Origin: a virus
IMG/VR virus record: IMGVR_UViG_3300008107_000012
DNA length: 64,000 nucleotides
Direction: 5' to 3' (one strand)
In this document: in pieces, positions 49,607-57,732 of the stretch
How positions within the stretch are numbered: the stretch's first letter is position 1
Layout: each line of letters begins with the position of its first letter
Translations under genes and position numbers: made by a program
The notes under the pieces: generated by a model
Told to the model about the DNA's origin: nothing
Databases searched by the model: none
The model's input: only the letters and a program-made list of their open reading frames with translations

Positions 49607-51810
49607 GCAACGGAACCAAAGTTAAAAAACGTGATGGACGTATTGAGTCTCTTGACCTAGACAAGATGCACTTGATGGTTGAAGAGGCTTGTAGGGGTCT
49701 TGCAGGGGTCTCTGCGAGTCAAGTTGAAATGACCTCTGGTATTCAATTTTATAATGGAATTACAACAGCAGAAATTCAAGAAATCTTGATTCGTTCTGCT
49801 TCTGATCTGATTGATTTGGATCATCCAAATTATCAGTATGTTGCTGCTCGTCTGCTTCTTTTTGCAGTTCGCAAGCAGTTGTATGGAAGAATGAAAGAAA
49901 TTCCTACTCTAGAGCAGCACATCTATACTTGTGTAAATGCGGAAGTCTATGACAGTGAAATTTTTAGCAAGTATTCTAAAGAAGAAATTCAACGTGCTGA
50001 TTCTTATATCGATCACGATCGTGATTATTTGTTTACTTATGCAGGTCTGCGTCAGGTAGTTGATAAGTATTTGGTTCAAGATCGTAGTAGTGGCGGAGTA
50101 TATGAAACTCCTCAGTTTATGTATATGATGATTGCTCTGACAATTTTTGCAGAGTATCCAAAAGAAACTAGAATGTCATATGTCAAGAGGTATTATGACG
50201 CAATCTCAAAGCACAAAATCAACATTCCCACACCTATCATGGCGGGAGTGCGAACTCCACTTCGACAGTTTGCTAGCTGTGTTCTTGTTGATGTTGATGA
50301 CACCCTCGATAGCATCTTTAGTTCTGATATGGCAATTGGCAGGTATGTTGCACAAAGGGCGGGAATCGGCATCAATGCAGGCAGAATCCGTGGCATCAAC
50401 AGTAAGATCCGAGGTGGAGAAGTTCAGCACACAGGTGTTGTCCCTTTCCTCAAGAAGTTTGAAGCAACTGTCCGATGCTGCACTCAAAATGGCATCAGAG
50501 GTGGATCAGCAACTGTCCACTTCCCAATCAGCAAACTCTTCTATGAGAGGTTCATTCAGGATGGTGAGATCACTCTTTTCTCCCCACACGATGTACCTGG
50601 ACTATATGATAGCTTCGGACTCCCTGGTTTTGATGATCTCTACGTTTCGTATGAAAAAGATCCGTCCGTTAAGAAAAAAACTGTTAAGGCGCAGGAACTT
50701 ATTCTTAACCTCCTTAAGGAACGTGCGGAAACGGGTCGTGTCTATATTATGAACATTGATCATTGCAATTCTCACAGTTCTTTTAAAGATAAGATTGAGA
50801 TGAGCAATCTTTGTCAGGAAATTACTCTTCCAACATATCCAATTCAACATATTGATGATACAAGTGGTGAGATTGCTCTATGTATTCTCTCTGCCATTAA
50901 TGTTGGTAAAGTAAAATCTGACGAAGAACTTGAAGAACTTTGCGATCTTTCTGTTCGTGGTCTTGATGAATTAATTGATTATCAAAAGTACCCAGTTCTT
51001 GCGGCAGAAGTTGCCACAAAGGCGCGTAGATCACTTGGAATTGGATACATTGGACTTGCACACTACCTTGCTAAACTTGGATTTAATTATGATTCTCAAG
51101 AATCCTGGGATGCAGTACACGGTCTTTCTGAGTCTTTCCAGTACTATCTTCTGAAAGCATCCAATCAACTTGCTAAAGAAAAAGGTCATTGCGAATACTT
51201 TGGTCGTACTAAGTATGCTGATGGTATTCTTCCAATTGATACCTATAAAAAAGATGTAGACGAAATTTCTTCTATTGCATATGAACACGATTGGGAATCT
51301 CTTAGGGCATCAATCCTACAGTACGGTCTCAGGCACTCAACACTGTCCGCACAGATGCCATCGGAGAGCAGTTCCGTTGTGTCAAATGCAACCAATGGGA
51401 TCGAACCACCTAGAGATTACTTGTCCGTTAAAAAATCGAAGAAAGGTCCTCTCAAGCAGATTGTTCCTCAGTATCAAACTCTTAAGAACAATTATACGCT
51501 TCTTTGGGATATGCCTAGCAATCGGGGGTATATTAACATTGTCTCTATTATGCAAAAATTCTTTGATCAAGCGATTTCTGGAAACTGGTCGTATAATCCA
51601 GAAAATTATGCCAATAATGAAGTTCCTACTTCAGTAATGGCAAATGATTTTCTGACTACATACAAGTACGGATGGAAAACTTCTTATTATCAAAATACTT
51701 ACGATATTAAGACAGATGAAGTGGTAGAAGAGAAGAAGTCCGAATTGGAAAGTCTTCTTAATGAGTTAAGTTCAGTAGAGGAGGGAGAGTGTGAATCCTG
51801 TGCAGTTTGA
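49603..51810 (+). CDS. nrdA: class Ia ribonucleotide reductase alpha subunit, with an apparent ~31-codon in-frame deletion near 50529
   Basis: ATP cone (KRDG), PTP.M, FASC, SNLCQEI, MPSESSS, C-term CESC. Confidence 0.95.
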   Translation: MSNGTKVKKRDGRIESLDLDKMHLMVEEACRGLAGVSASQVEMTSGIQFYNGITTAEIQEILIRSASDLIDLDHPNYQYVAARLLLFAVRKQLYGRMKEIPTLEQHIYTCVNAEVYDSEIFSKYSKEEIQRADSYIDHDRDYLFTYAGLRQVVDKYLVQDRSSGGVYETPQFMYMMIALTIFAEYPKETRMSYVKRYYDAISKHKINIPTPIMAGVRTPLRQFASCVLVDVDDTLDSIFSSDMAIGRYVAQRAGIGINAGRIRGINSKIRGGEVQHTGVVPFLKKFEATVRCCTQNGIRGGSATVHFPISKLFYERFIQDGEITLFSPHDVPGLYDSFGLPGFDDLYVSYEKDPSVKKKTVKAQELILNLLKERAETGRVYIMNIDHCNSHSSFKDKIEMSNLCQEITLPTYPIQHIDDTSGEIALCILSAINVGKVKSDEELEELCDLSVRGLDELIDYQKYPVLAAEVATKARRSLGIGYIGLAHYLAKLGFNYDSQESWDAVHGLSESFQYYLLKASNQLAKEKGHCEYFGRTKYADGILPIDTYKKDVDEISSIAYEHDWESLRASILQYGLRHSTLSAQMPSESSSVVSNATNGIEPPRDYLSVKKSKKGPLKQIVPQYQTLKNNYTLLWDMPSNRGYINIVSIMQKFFDQAISGNWSYNPENYANNEVPTSVMANDFLTTYKYGWKTSYYQNTYDIKTDEVVEEKKSELESLLNELSSVEEGECESCAV

Positions 51811-52987
51811 TTTCAAAGTTTCTTCTGAGGAAGACAAACAAACAAATATACAAGGAATGACTGTATTTAATACAGAAAAAGTGGACACTAAGAAACAACC
51901 TATGTTTTTTGGTAAACCCTTAGGAGTTCAAAGGTATGATTCGTACAAGTATCCTATTTTTGATAAACTAACTACTCAGCAACTTGGATACTTCTGGAGA
52001 CCTGAAGAGGTCTCCCTACAGAAAGATCGTGGGGATTATCAAACTCTTCGTCCTGAGCAGAAGCACATCTATACTTCTAATTTGAAGTATCAGATTATGC
52101 TTGACTCTGTTCAAGGTCGTGGACCTGGAATGGCATTTATTCCCTATTGCTCTCTTCCTGAACTGGAAGCGTGTATGGAAGTGTGGGGATTTATGGAAAT
52201 GATCCACTCACGATCTTACACTTATATCATCAAGAACGTTTATTCTGACCCTTCTGAGGTGTTTGATACTATCATCGGTGATGAACGCATTCTGGAACGT
52301 GCCAAGAGTGTTACAGAGTCATATGACGACTTCATCCAATCAGCACAAACTTATGGAACATCCAGTGACTGGATGTTCAGACTTGAAGGAGTGCAAAACG
52401 CAAAGGAATCTCTCAACGATGTCAAACGAAAACTGTACAGAGCAGTCGCAAACGTTAATATTCTTGAAGGTATTCGATTCTACGTTAGTTTTGCTTGCAG
52501 TTTCGCTTTTGGTGAACTTAAACTTATGGAAGGATCAGCCAAAATCATTTCTCTCATCGCAAGAGATGAAAATCAGCACTTAGCACTTACTCAGAACATT
52601 CTGAATAAGTGGAGAGAAGGTGATGATCCTGAAATGCAGCAGATTATGAAGGAAGAAGAAGAGTGGACGTATAAGATGTTTGATCGTGCTGTAAACGAAG
52701 AAAAGAAATGGGCAGATTATCTGTTCAAAGATGGCAGCATGATTGGACTCAACGATAAACTTCTTCAGCAATATGTTGAATGGATTGCAAATCGTAGATT
52801 GAAAGCAATTGGTCTTAAACCTCAATATGATATTTCTGCAAATAATAATCCTCTTCCTTGGACACAACACTGGATTTCTTCCAAAGGTCTTCAGGTTGCT
52901 CCACAAGAAACTGAGGTAGAATCATATGTCGTAGGGGGCATTAAGCAGGATGTTACCAAAAATACTTTTGCAGGATTCCAATTATGA
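51791..52987 (+). CDS. nrdB: class Ia ribonucleotide reductase beta subunit
   Basis: FWRPEE, LDS.QGR, E.IHSRSY, LEG.RFY.SF, RDE..H, APQETE. Confidence 0.96.
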   Translation: MNPVQFDFKVSSEEDKQTNIQGMTVFNTEKVDTKKQPMFFGKPLGVQRYDSYKYPIFDKLTTQQLGYFWRPEEVSLQKDRGDYQTLRPEQKHIYTSNLKYQIMLDSVQGRGPGMAFIPYCSLPELEACMEVWGFMEMIHSRSYTYIIKNVYSDPSEVFDTIIGDERILERAKSVTESYDDFIQSAQTYGTSSDWMFRLEGVQNAKESLNDVKRKLYRAVANVNILEGIRFYVSFACSFAFGELKLMEGSAKIISLIARDENQHLALTQNILNKWREGDDPEMQQIMKEEEEWTYKMFDRAVNEEKKWADYLFKDGSMIGLNDKLLQQYVEWIANRRLKAIGLKPQYDISANNNPLPWTQHWISSKGLQVAPQETEVESYVVGGIKQDVTKNTFAGFQL

Positions 52988-53099
52988 TGAATGGTGCGAA
53001 GAAGCAATTCTAAATGCCTATAAAGAGGCAGCAGAATGTGATGAGTTTATGTTTGGGGATTATGACTTTTGTAATGAATGGTTAGGTGTAAATGAATAG
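52950..53099 (+). CDS. small acidic hypothetical protein (49 aa)
   Basis: MLPKILLQDSNYDEWCEE...; overlaps the nrdB end; terminator follows at 53104-53126. Confidence 0.4.
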   Translation: MLPKILLQDSNYDEWCEEAILNAYKEAAECDEFMFGDYDFCNEWLGVNE

Positions 53100-53126
53100 A
53101 TATAGGAGGGTATACCTCCTTTTTTT

Positions 53127-53288
53127 ATGTCTAAGAATCAAGTTACAAAAGATGAGTTAAAAGTTCGTGTTTTAAAACTAAAAAATAATTTGTATAATGA
53201 ACATATTAGACATGATATGGATATGAAAGGACTTGCTCATAAATATCTGAATGAAGTTCTTGATATAATTGATGAGTATAGATATTGA
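53127..53288 (+). CDS. small hypothetical protein (53 aa)
   Basis: MSKNQVTKDELKVRVLKLKN...YLNEVLDIIDEYRY*. Confidence 0.55.
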   Translation: MSKNQVTKDELKVRVLKLKNNLYNEHIRHDMDMKGLAHKYLNEVLDIIDEYRY

Positions 53289-53715
53289 CTACGAAAACCC
53301 TTGGATTTATAATGGAAGTCCTTTTACTAGTTCTGATATTGGAGACTATTATGGGTTTGTTTATTTAATAGAGAACACCCAAAATGGTAGGCAGTACATT
53401 GGACGCAAATATTTGTGGCAGTTTAGGACTCCAAAAGGTAAAAAACGTAAAGTAAAATCAGAATCTAATTGGAAGGATTACTATGGGTCTTGTCCGGAAC
53501 TTAAAGAAGATTTGGAACATTATGGTAGAGGGGTATTTAGAAGGACTATCCTCTCCCTCCACAAAACAAAAGGGAAAACAAACTTTGAGGAGACCAGACA
53601 ACTCTTCTACCATAACGTTCTCACAGAATCCCTTGACGACGGAAGGCCAAGGTACTACAATAGCAACATCCTCAACCGATACTTCCGAAAAGATTATTAT
53701 GACAGCAACGACTGA
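53272..53715 (+). CDS. GIY-YIG family endonuclease
   Basis: GFVYLI.N...GR.YIGRK, Y.GS, E, YYN.NI. Confidence 0.85.
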   Translation: MSIDIDYENPWIYNGSPFTSSDIGDYYGFVYLIENTQNGRQYIGRKYLWQFRTPKGKKRKVKSESNWKDYYGSCPELKEDLEHYGRGVFRRTILSLHKTKGKTNFEETRQLFYHNVLTESLDDGRPRYYNSNILNRYFRKDYYDSND

Positions 53716-53911
53716 AGATATTGTTGCACACGTTCGTGATTGGGCAATTGATAAAATTGAACTTCTTCACGAATCGGATAGGCATCGAAATGCCCGTGCT
53801 CTTCTTGCAGAGTTTGAAGAGTGGATTGAACCCGAAGGAGATGAACTTGAAATTGTTTCTTTGGAACAAGAAGAAGATTGGACTGATGAGCAAGAAATTG
53901 ATGTTCGGTAA
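53699..53911 (+). CDS. small acidic hypothetical protein
   Basis: MTATTEDIVAHVRDW...EFEEWIEP; probable start ATG 53699. Confidence 0.6.
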   Translation: MTATTEDIVAHVRDWAIDKIELLHESDRHRNARALLAEFEEWIEPEGDELEIVSLEQEEDWTDEQEIDVR

Positions 53912-54079
53912 TCCAACATCTTGACAGACTCTAAATAAAAACTTATAATGTTAAAATCCCTGTTATGAGCAGGGTTTTTTATTATGAGATTTTGAGTGCG
54001 ATTTAGAGCCGTGGGATCTGCCTCTTGAGAAAGGGGATGTGCGCTTTTCCTATACGGATGTAGAGTTCAATTAATTTTA

Positions 54080-54703
54080 ATGCAAAACTTCTTTACTGTA
54101 GCCCTGCCCCTTCTGGCATCGGTTACAACCATTTCGGCAACACTGCCATCATCTGCTAGTGCTCCAAAATATTCTATTATTAAGGAGTTTGAACCAGAGA
54201 AGACAGCGATCCTAGAGGTTGCTCCCGAAAAGCCAAAAGAGAAAAGGCTAATTTGTAAAGGGTGTAATGAACATGAGAATGCTGCCCTGGCATATTTCCA
54301 GGACCGTGGTATTAAAGACAGAAACGCCCTCGCTACCATCATGGGCAATATTCGTCAGGAATCAACTTTTATTCCTAACATTTGTGAAGGTGGTAGTAGG
54401 ACCAGTTGGAATAACTGCGGACGCGGTTATGGACTGATCCAATGGACATCTGCCGATCGTTATTATGGATTGGGTGATTTTGCTAGGAAGTATGGTGGAT
54501 CTCCATCATCACTTCATACGCAACTTCGTTATCTAACAACTGAGATCCAGTGGCGACGTATAGAAGACCGAATGAAGACTCCTGGTAAGTCTATCAATCG
54601 TTACATGGATTATGCGTATAGTTGGATTGGTTGGGGTCATCATGGTGCTAGAACATCATATGCCCATGATTATGCTAACCGACTGATTCAGGTAGAAGTT
54701 TGA
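54080..54703 (+). CDS. phage-tail-lysozyme (CwlT/Phage_lysozyme2-like) peptidoglycan hydrolase with N-terminal signal/anchor
   Basis: A.IMGNI.QES, GYGLIQWT, TQL.Y; hydrophobic N-terminus. Confidence 0.8.
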   Translation: MQNFFTVALPLLASVTTISATLPSSASAPKYSIIKEFEPEKTAILEVAPEKPKEKRLICKGCNEHENAALAYFQDRGIKDRNALATIMGNIRQESTFIPNICEGGSRTSWNNCGRGYGLIQWTSADRYYGLGDFARKYGGSPSSLHTQLRYLTTEIQWRRIEDRMKTPGKSINRYMDYAYSWIGWGHHGARTSYAHDYANRLIQVEV

Positions 54704-54724
54704 TACAATAGAATACTAAATGTT

Positions 54725-54752
54725 AGGGGAAGTGTAAAAACTTCCCCTTTTT
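54725..54752 (+). terminator. intrinsic terminator
   Basis: aggggaagt / acttcccct followed by a T run. Confidence 0.8.
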
Positions 54753-54803
54753 AATATAAAAATGATATATATAATTAATCCTAATTATTTTTTGAGGAGT
54801 ATT

Positions 54804-55001
54804 ATGTCTGAAACTACACAACAAATTGCTGATGCATTTGCGACTTGGCAAACTGAAGATGCTAAGTTTGAGAAAGGAAACAGTGCTGCAGGCACCAGAG
54901 CCCGTAAAGCACTTCAAGAACTAACTAAACTTGCAAAATCACGTAGAGCAGAAATTTCGGAAGTAAAAACTTCACGGAAGGAAGCAAAAGTATCTGCTTG
55001 A
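54804..55001 (+). CDS. histone H1-like (Hc1-type) small nucleoid protein
   Basis: KF.KGN.AAGTRARKAL.EL.KL.K.RR.EI; SD gaggag. Confidence 0.8.
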   Translation: MSETTQQIADAFATWQTEDAKFEKGNSAAGTRARKALQELTKLAKSRRAEISEVKTSRKEAKVSA

Positions 55002-55038
55002 TAAAATAAATAGAGGGGAGTGTATGCTCCCCCCTTTT

Positions 55039-55332
55039 ATGTCTATCGACAATCTTCCACAAGAACCAGAAGACATAGTTAATATTGCTGCTAGAGCAGG
55101 ATATTTAAAAGTAGAAACTGATATAGGTGAAGTTAAATTAAACTCTTATAATCAGGTAGAGATACAACCAAAAGGAACTCCATTTGGAACAAAGTTAAAA
55201 GTAGAAGCAGACGGATCTATAACTCCTACTCTAACTTTTGATACGAAAAAGATGAGAGAACCTAGAAAGAATATTAATCCAGAACAAATATTAGATGATG
55301 CTCTAGAGGATTTTTTTAATGAGCAACAGTAA
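55039..55332 (+). CDS. hypothetical protein
   Basis: ORF track; TAAATA upstream. Confidence 0.55.
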   Translation: MSIDNLPQEPEDIVNIAARAGYLKVETDIGEVKLNSYNQVEIQPKGTPFGTKLKVEADGSITPTLTFDTKKMREPRKNINPEQILDDALEDFFNEQQ

Positions 55333-55600
55333 GTTTAATATTTTTGAATTTAAGTTTGGTAAAGAAAAAAAATCTCTAAAGGAATGGATAAAGATAGGTG
55401 CCATTATTCATGGATCTTTAGACTTGATTTCTTTGATTCCTGGAGTTGAGAAAAGAAAGGCTTTTAATTTAATGGATGAGATTCAATTGAGAATTGGGAC
55501 TATTGATATTATTAACGATTATATTATTCAAGATGAAGAGTTGTTAAAATATCGTATAGATAGAGTTATTGATAAGTCTCTGGAGGAATATAATGATTAA
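55319..55600 (+). CDS. hypothetical protein
   Basis: ORF track; overlaps neighbours. Confidence 0.55.
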   Translation: MSNSKFNIFEFKFGKEKKSLKEWIKIGAIIHGSLDLISLIPGVEKRKAFNLMDEIQLRIGTIDIINDYIIQDEELLKYRIDRVIDKSLEEYND

Positions 55601-56021
55601 ACTTTTCACTATCAAAGGTGGAAAAGTTAATGTACTAGGAATTACCAAAGCAATGGTAATTGCATTTATTACATCTAGTATTGTAGTTGCTATTGCAGGA
55701 TATTTTAAAATCTCTCAAGATGACCTTTGGAAATTTGTAGTTCTTATACAGCAGGAATTGGGAATTGAATTTGGAGAAGACCTGAATGAAAAATTCAGGA
55801 ATGATGAGAAGTTATTAGATTTTATCACAAAGAACAAAGTAGATCAAGCCATATATGACTATGAACGATTGACAGGAGACGATGGAACCCCTAGAATACC
55901 TTTGCCACGGTTGATAGAGAAGGCTCCAGATACTTCTAATTGTTATACTGAAGAGTGTAAGAAACTTGGAGGAGAAATGAGACTCTGTGCCCCATGGATT
56001 GACACCTGTAAACCAGAGTAG
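55593..56021 (+). CDS. hypothetical membrane-anchored protein with Cys-rich C-terminus
   Basis: TM segment; CYTEEC..LGGEMR.CAPW. Confidence 0.6.
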   Translation: MIKLFTIKGGKVNVLGITKAMVIAFITSSIVVAIAGYFKISQDDLWKFVVLIQQELGIEFGEDLNEKFRNDEKLLDFITKNKVDQAIYDYERLTGDDGTPRIPLPRLIEKAPDTSNCYTEECKKLGGEMRLCAPWIDTCKPE

Positions 56022-56027
56022 TATAAT
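55999..56027 (+). promoter_or_regulatory. consensus sigma70-type promoter heading the tRNA island
   Basis: TTGACA-17 nt-TATAAT (another perfect copy at 53921-53949). Confidence 0.85.
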
Positions 56028-56115
56028 ATTCTCACGGGTGTCGGGGGTCCAAACTCCGAGTAATTCCCAACCTTCCCATGCCTCTCAACGATGCACAAAC
56101 AGGGAGGTCTCTTAT

Positions 56116-56191
56116 GGGCAAGTAGCATAATGGATAATGCAGCATCCTTCTAAGATGTCGATTGGGGGTTCGAGTCCCTCCTTGCCTGCCA
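56116..56191 (+). tRNA. tRNA-Arg(TCT)
   Basis: Cloverleaf; loop cttctaa; encoded CCA. Confidence 0.92.
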
Positions 56192-56262
56192 GGGGAATTA
56201 GTTAAACGGTATAACGGGTGCTTTGCAAGCACTTATTAGCAGTTCGATTCTGCTATTCTCCA
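56192..56262 (+). tRNA. tRNA-Ala(TGC)
   Basis: Loop tttgcaa; G3:U70. Confidence 0.9.
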
Positions 56263-56315
56263 CTTGACTTTTTGAGAAAAAAGTCTTATAAATAAAAACA
56301 CTTAGGTCGAAAACA

Positions 56316-56417
56316 ATGTCTTATCCAATGCCCACCAAACAGTTTAGTATTCTCGATTGCCGCTATTGGCATATTGAGGGTACTCCCCTGTTTGCGGATA
56401 TGGAAAGACATATGTAA
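56316..56417 (+). CDS. 33-aa putative leader peptide MSYPMPTKQFSILDCRYWHIEGTPLFADMERHM
   Basis: TATAAATA at 56287-56294, SD-like aggt, overlaps an antiterminator hairpin. Confidence 0.6.
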   Translation: MSYPMPTKQFSILDCRYWHIEGTPLFADMERHM

Positions 56418-56444
56418 GATGTAATCCATAAAAGCAAAAAGACA

Positions 56445-56478
56445 GGGGAGAGAAACCAAAAGTTTCCTCCCCTTTTTT
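56445..56478 (+). terminator. intrinsic terminator, conditional (5' arm shared with antiterminator 56383-56450)
   Basis: ggggag-a-gaaac / gtttc-ctcccc followed by T6. Confidence 0.85.
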
Positions 56479-56611
56479 GTTGCCTGTGACAGTTTCCTAA
56501 GTGACCACCAACCTCCCCCCAGAGACAAAACGGTGGTATTCTAATCAAGTGGTTGAGGGATCACCCCTCTTCCAGAACCTAGACAACTGAATATTTATCC
56601 TTATTATGAAT

Positions 56612-56684
56612 GGGTCTGTTGCATAGTGGCTAATGCACCTGGCTTTTAACCAGTATATCGTGGGTTCGAGTCCCACCAGACCCA
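56612..56684 (+). tRNA. tRNA-Lys(TTT)
   Basis: Loop cttttaa. Confidence 0.92.
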
Positions 56685-56688
56685 TCGT

Positions 56689-56779
56689 GGGAGAGTGCCT
56701 ACTGTCGGCAATACGTGTAGGAGCGGTCTGTAAAACCGTCACATAGGAACCATCGGGGGTTCGATTCCCTTCTCTCCCA
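56689..56779 (+). tRNA. tRNA-Tyr(GTA) with enlarged D arm
   Basis: Loop ctgtaaa; D arm cctac-14 nt-gtagg. Confidence 0.85.
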
Positions 56780-56783
56780 CCTT

Positions 56784-56856
56784 GGCCTCTTAACTCAGCG
56801 GTTAGAGTGTCTGCCTGTCTAGCAGAAAGTCAGGGGTTCAAATCCCCTAGAGGTCG
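56784..56856 (+). tRNA. tRNA-Asp(GTC), U37
   Basis: Loop ctgtcta; G73. Confidence 0.88.
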
Positions 56857-56860
56857 TCGT

Positions 56861-56932
56861 GTTCCTGTCGTCTAATGGTTAGGACGCTGCCCTTTCAAGG
56901 CGGAAACGAGGGTTCAAATCTCTTCAGGAATA
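56861..56932 (+). tRNA. tRNA-Glu(TTC)
   Basis: Loop ctttcaa. Confidence 0.9.
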
Positions 56933-56936
56933 CTAT

Positions 56937-57008
56937 CTGGGAGTATGTCAGTGGTAGACAGCGCCGCCTGGAACGGTGAAGTCGTTGGTTCAAATCCAAC
57001 CTCTCAGA
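56937..57008 (+). tRNA. tRNA-Pro(TGG), atypical C33/A37
   Basis: Loop cctggaa; C1-G72, A73. Confidence 0.8.
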
Positions 57009-57011
57009 CTT

Positions 57012-57085
57012 GGGAACATAGCTCCAACTGGTAGAGCACAGGATTGAAGATCTTGGTGTTGTCGGTTCAAATCCGACTGTTCCCT
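57012..57085 (+). tRNA. tRNA-Phe(GAA)
   Basis: Loop ttgaaga. Confidence 0.88.
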
Positions 57086-57211
57086 CTTGACCTTTATGGT
57101 CACGGAGATTCACTTCCTCCGTTATGAAACTTCGGTTGGTTAGTGATAGGTTTTTCAGTCCGAAAACTGAAACTGGTAGGTTGTTGATATCGACTCCTAC
57201 CTTGATGGAAT

Positions 57212-57265
57212 TAGAACAAGAGATTCATACCCTCTATGTCGGTAGTTCAATTCTACCCACTGCCT
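57212..57265 (+). pseudogene. 3' two-thirds of a tRNA with CAT anticodon; 5' acceptor strand missing
   Basis: tagaac-a-agaga ttcatac cctct-atgtc-ggtag ttcaatt ctacc-cactgcc; no ggcagtg partner at the expected place. Confidence 0.7.
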
Positions 57266-57266
57266 T

Positions 57267-57338
57267 GTGTCGTTAGCCTAGTGGTTAAGGCAGTAGTTTG
57301 TGGAACTACCTAGATGGGTTCAATTCCCATACGACACC
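57267..57338 (+). tRNA. tRNA-His(GTG)
   Basis: Loop ttgtgga; C73. Confidence 0.9.
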
Positions 57339-57340
57339 CC

Positions 57341-57412
57341 GCCCTTATAGCTCAGTGGTAGAGCAACTCACTAGTAATGAGTAGGTCGTTGGTTCAAATC
57401 CGACTGGGGGAT
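57341..57412 (+). tRNA. tRNA-Thr(AGT)
   Basis: actca ctagtaa tgagt; G1:A72 mismatch. Confidence 0.8.
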
Positions 57413-57445
57413 CTCAACTATCTGGAATTTCCAGATAGTTCAAAT

Positions 57446-57523
57446 GTCTAGGTGGCAGAGTGGTCGAATGCGGTGGATTGCAAATCCACTATTATCGCGT
57501 GGGTTCAAATCCCACCCTAGACT
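57446..57523 (+). tRNA. tRNA-Cys(GCA)
   Basis: Loop ttgcaaa; U73. Confidence 0.9.
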
Positions 57524-57528
57524 CCTAC

Positions 57529-57600
57529 TCCAGAATCGACTAACTGGCAGGTCAACACACTTTGACTGTGTTTGTCTAGGTTCGAATCCTAGTTCTGGAA
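57529..57600 (+). tRNA. tRNA-Gln(TTG)
   Basis: Loop ctttgac; U1-A72. Confidence 0.88.
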
Positions 57601-57621
57601 TTGCTTCTTTTAGAAGCATCA

Positions 57622-57732
57622 ATCTTGTCTGGACAGCGGTTCGATTCCGCTCACTTCCATTCTTGGGGGTGCCATGGTTTTCGACAGGCAGGAGGGTTCT
57701 GAGAATAAATCTCAACAACATCGTATCTTTCC
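57622..57732 (+). ncRNA. ssrA: circularly permuted (two-piece), minimised tmRNA-like gene with truncated tag
   Basis: Acceptor piece (GAC-agcgg ttcgatt ccgct-cacttcc-A) precedes the 5' piece GGGGGTG-ccatGGtttTCGACagg; G3:U70 and A73; tag-like codons NNIVSF. Confidence 0.8.

Noticed and set aside
50147-50752. 201-aa alternative-frame ORF inside nrdA (similar ones inside gp44, cobS and gp41)
   Set aside because: Shadow frames of conserved genes with no motifs; it does not supply the missing NrdA segment.
7109-52987. Introns or inteins in gp17, gp20, gp41, gp43, nrdA, nrdB
   Set aside because: All are uninterrupted and of normal length or shorter; no splice motifs.
57416-57440. Perfect 12-bp inverted repeat aactatctggaa-t-ttccagatagtt
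   Set aside because: Isolated spacer hairpin like others between tRNAs; no transposase or target duplication to suggest a MITE.
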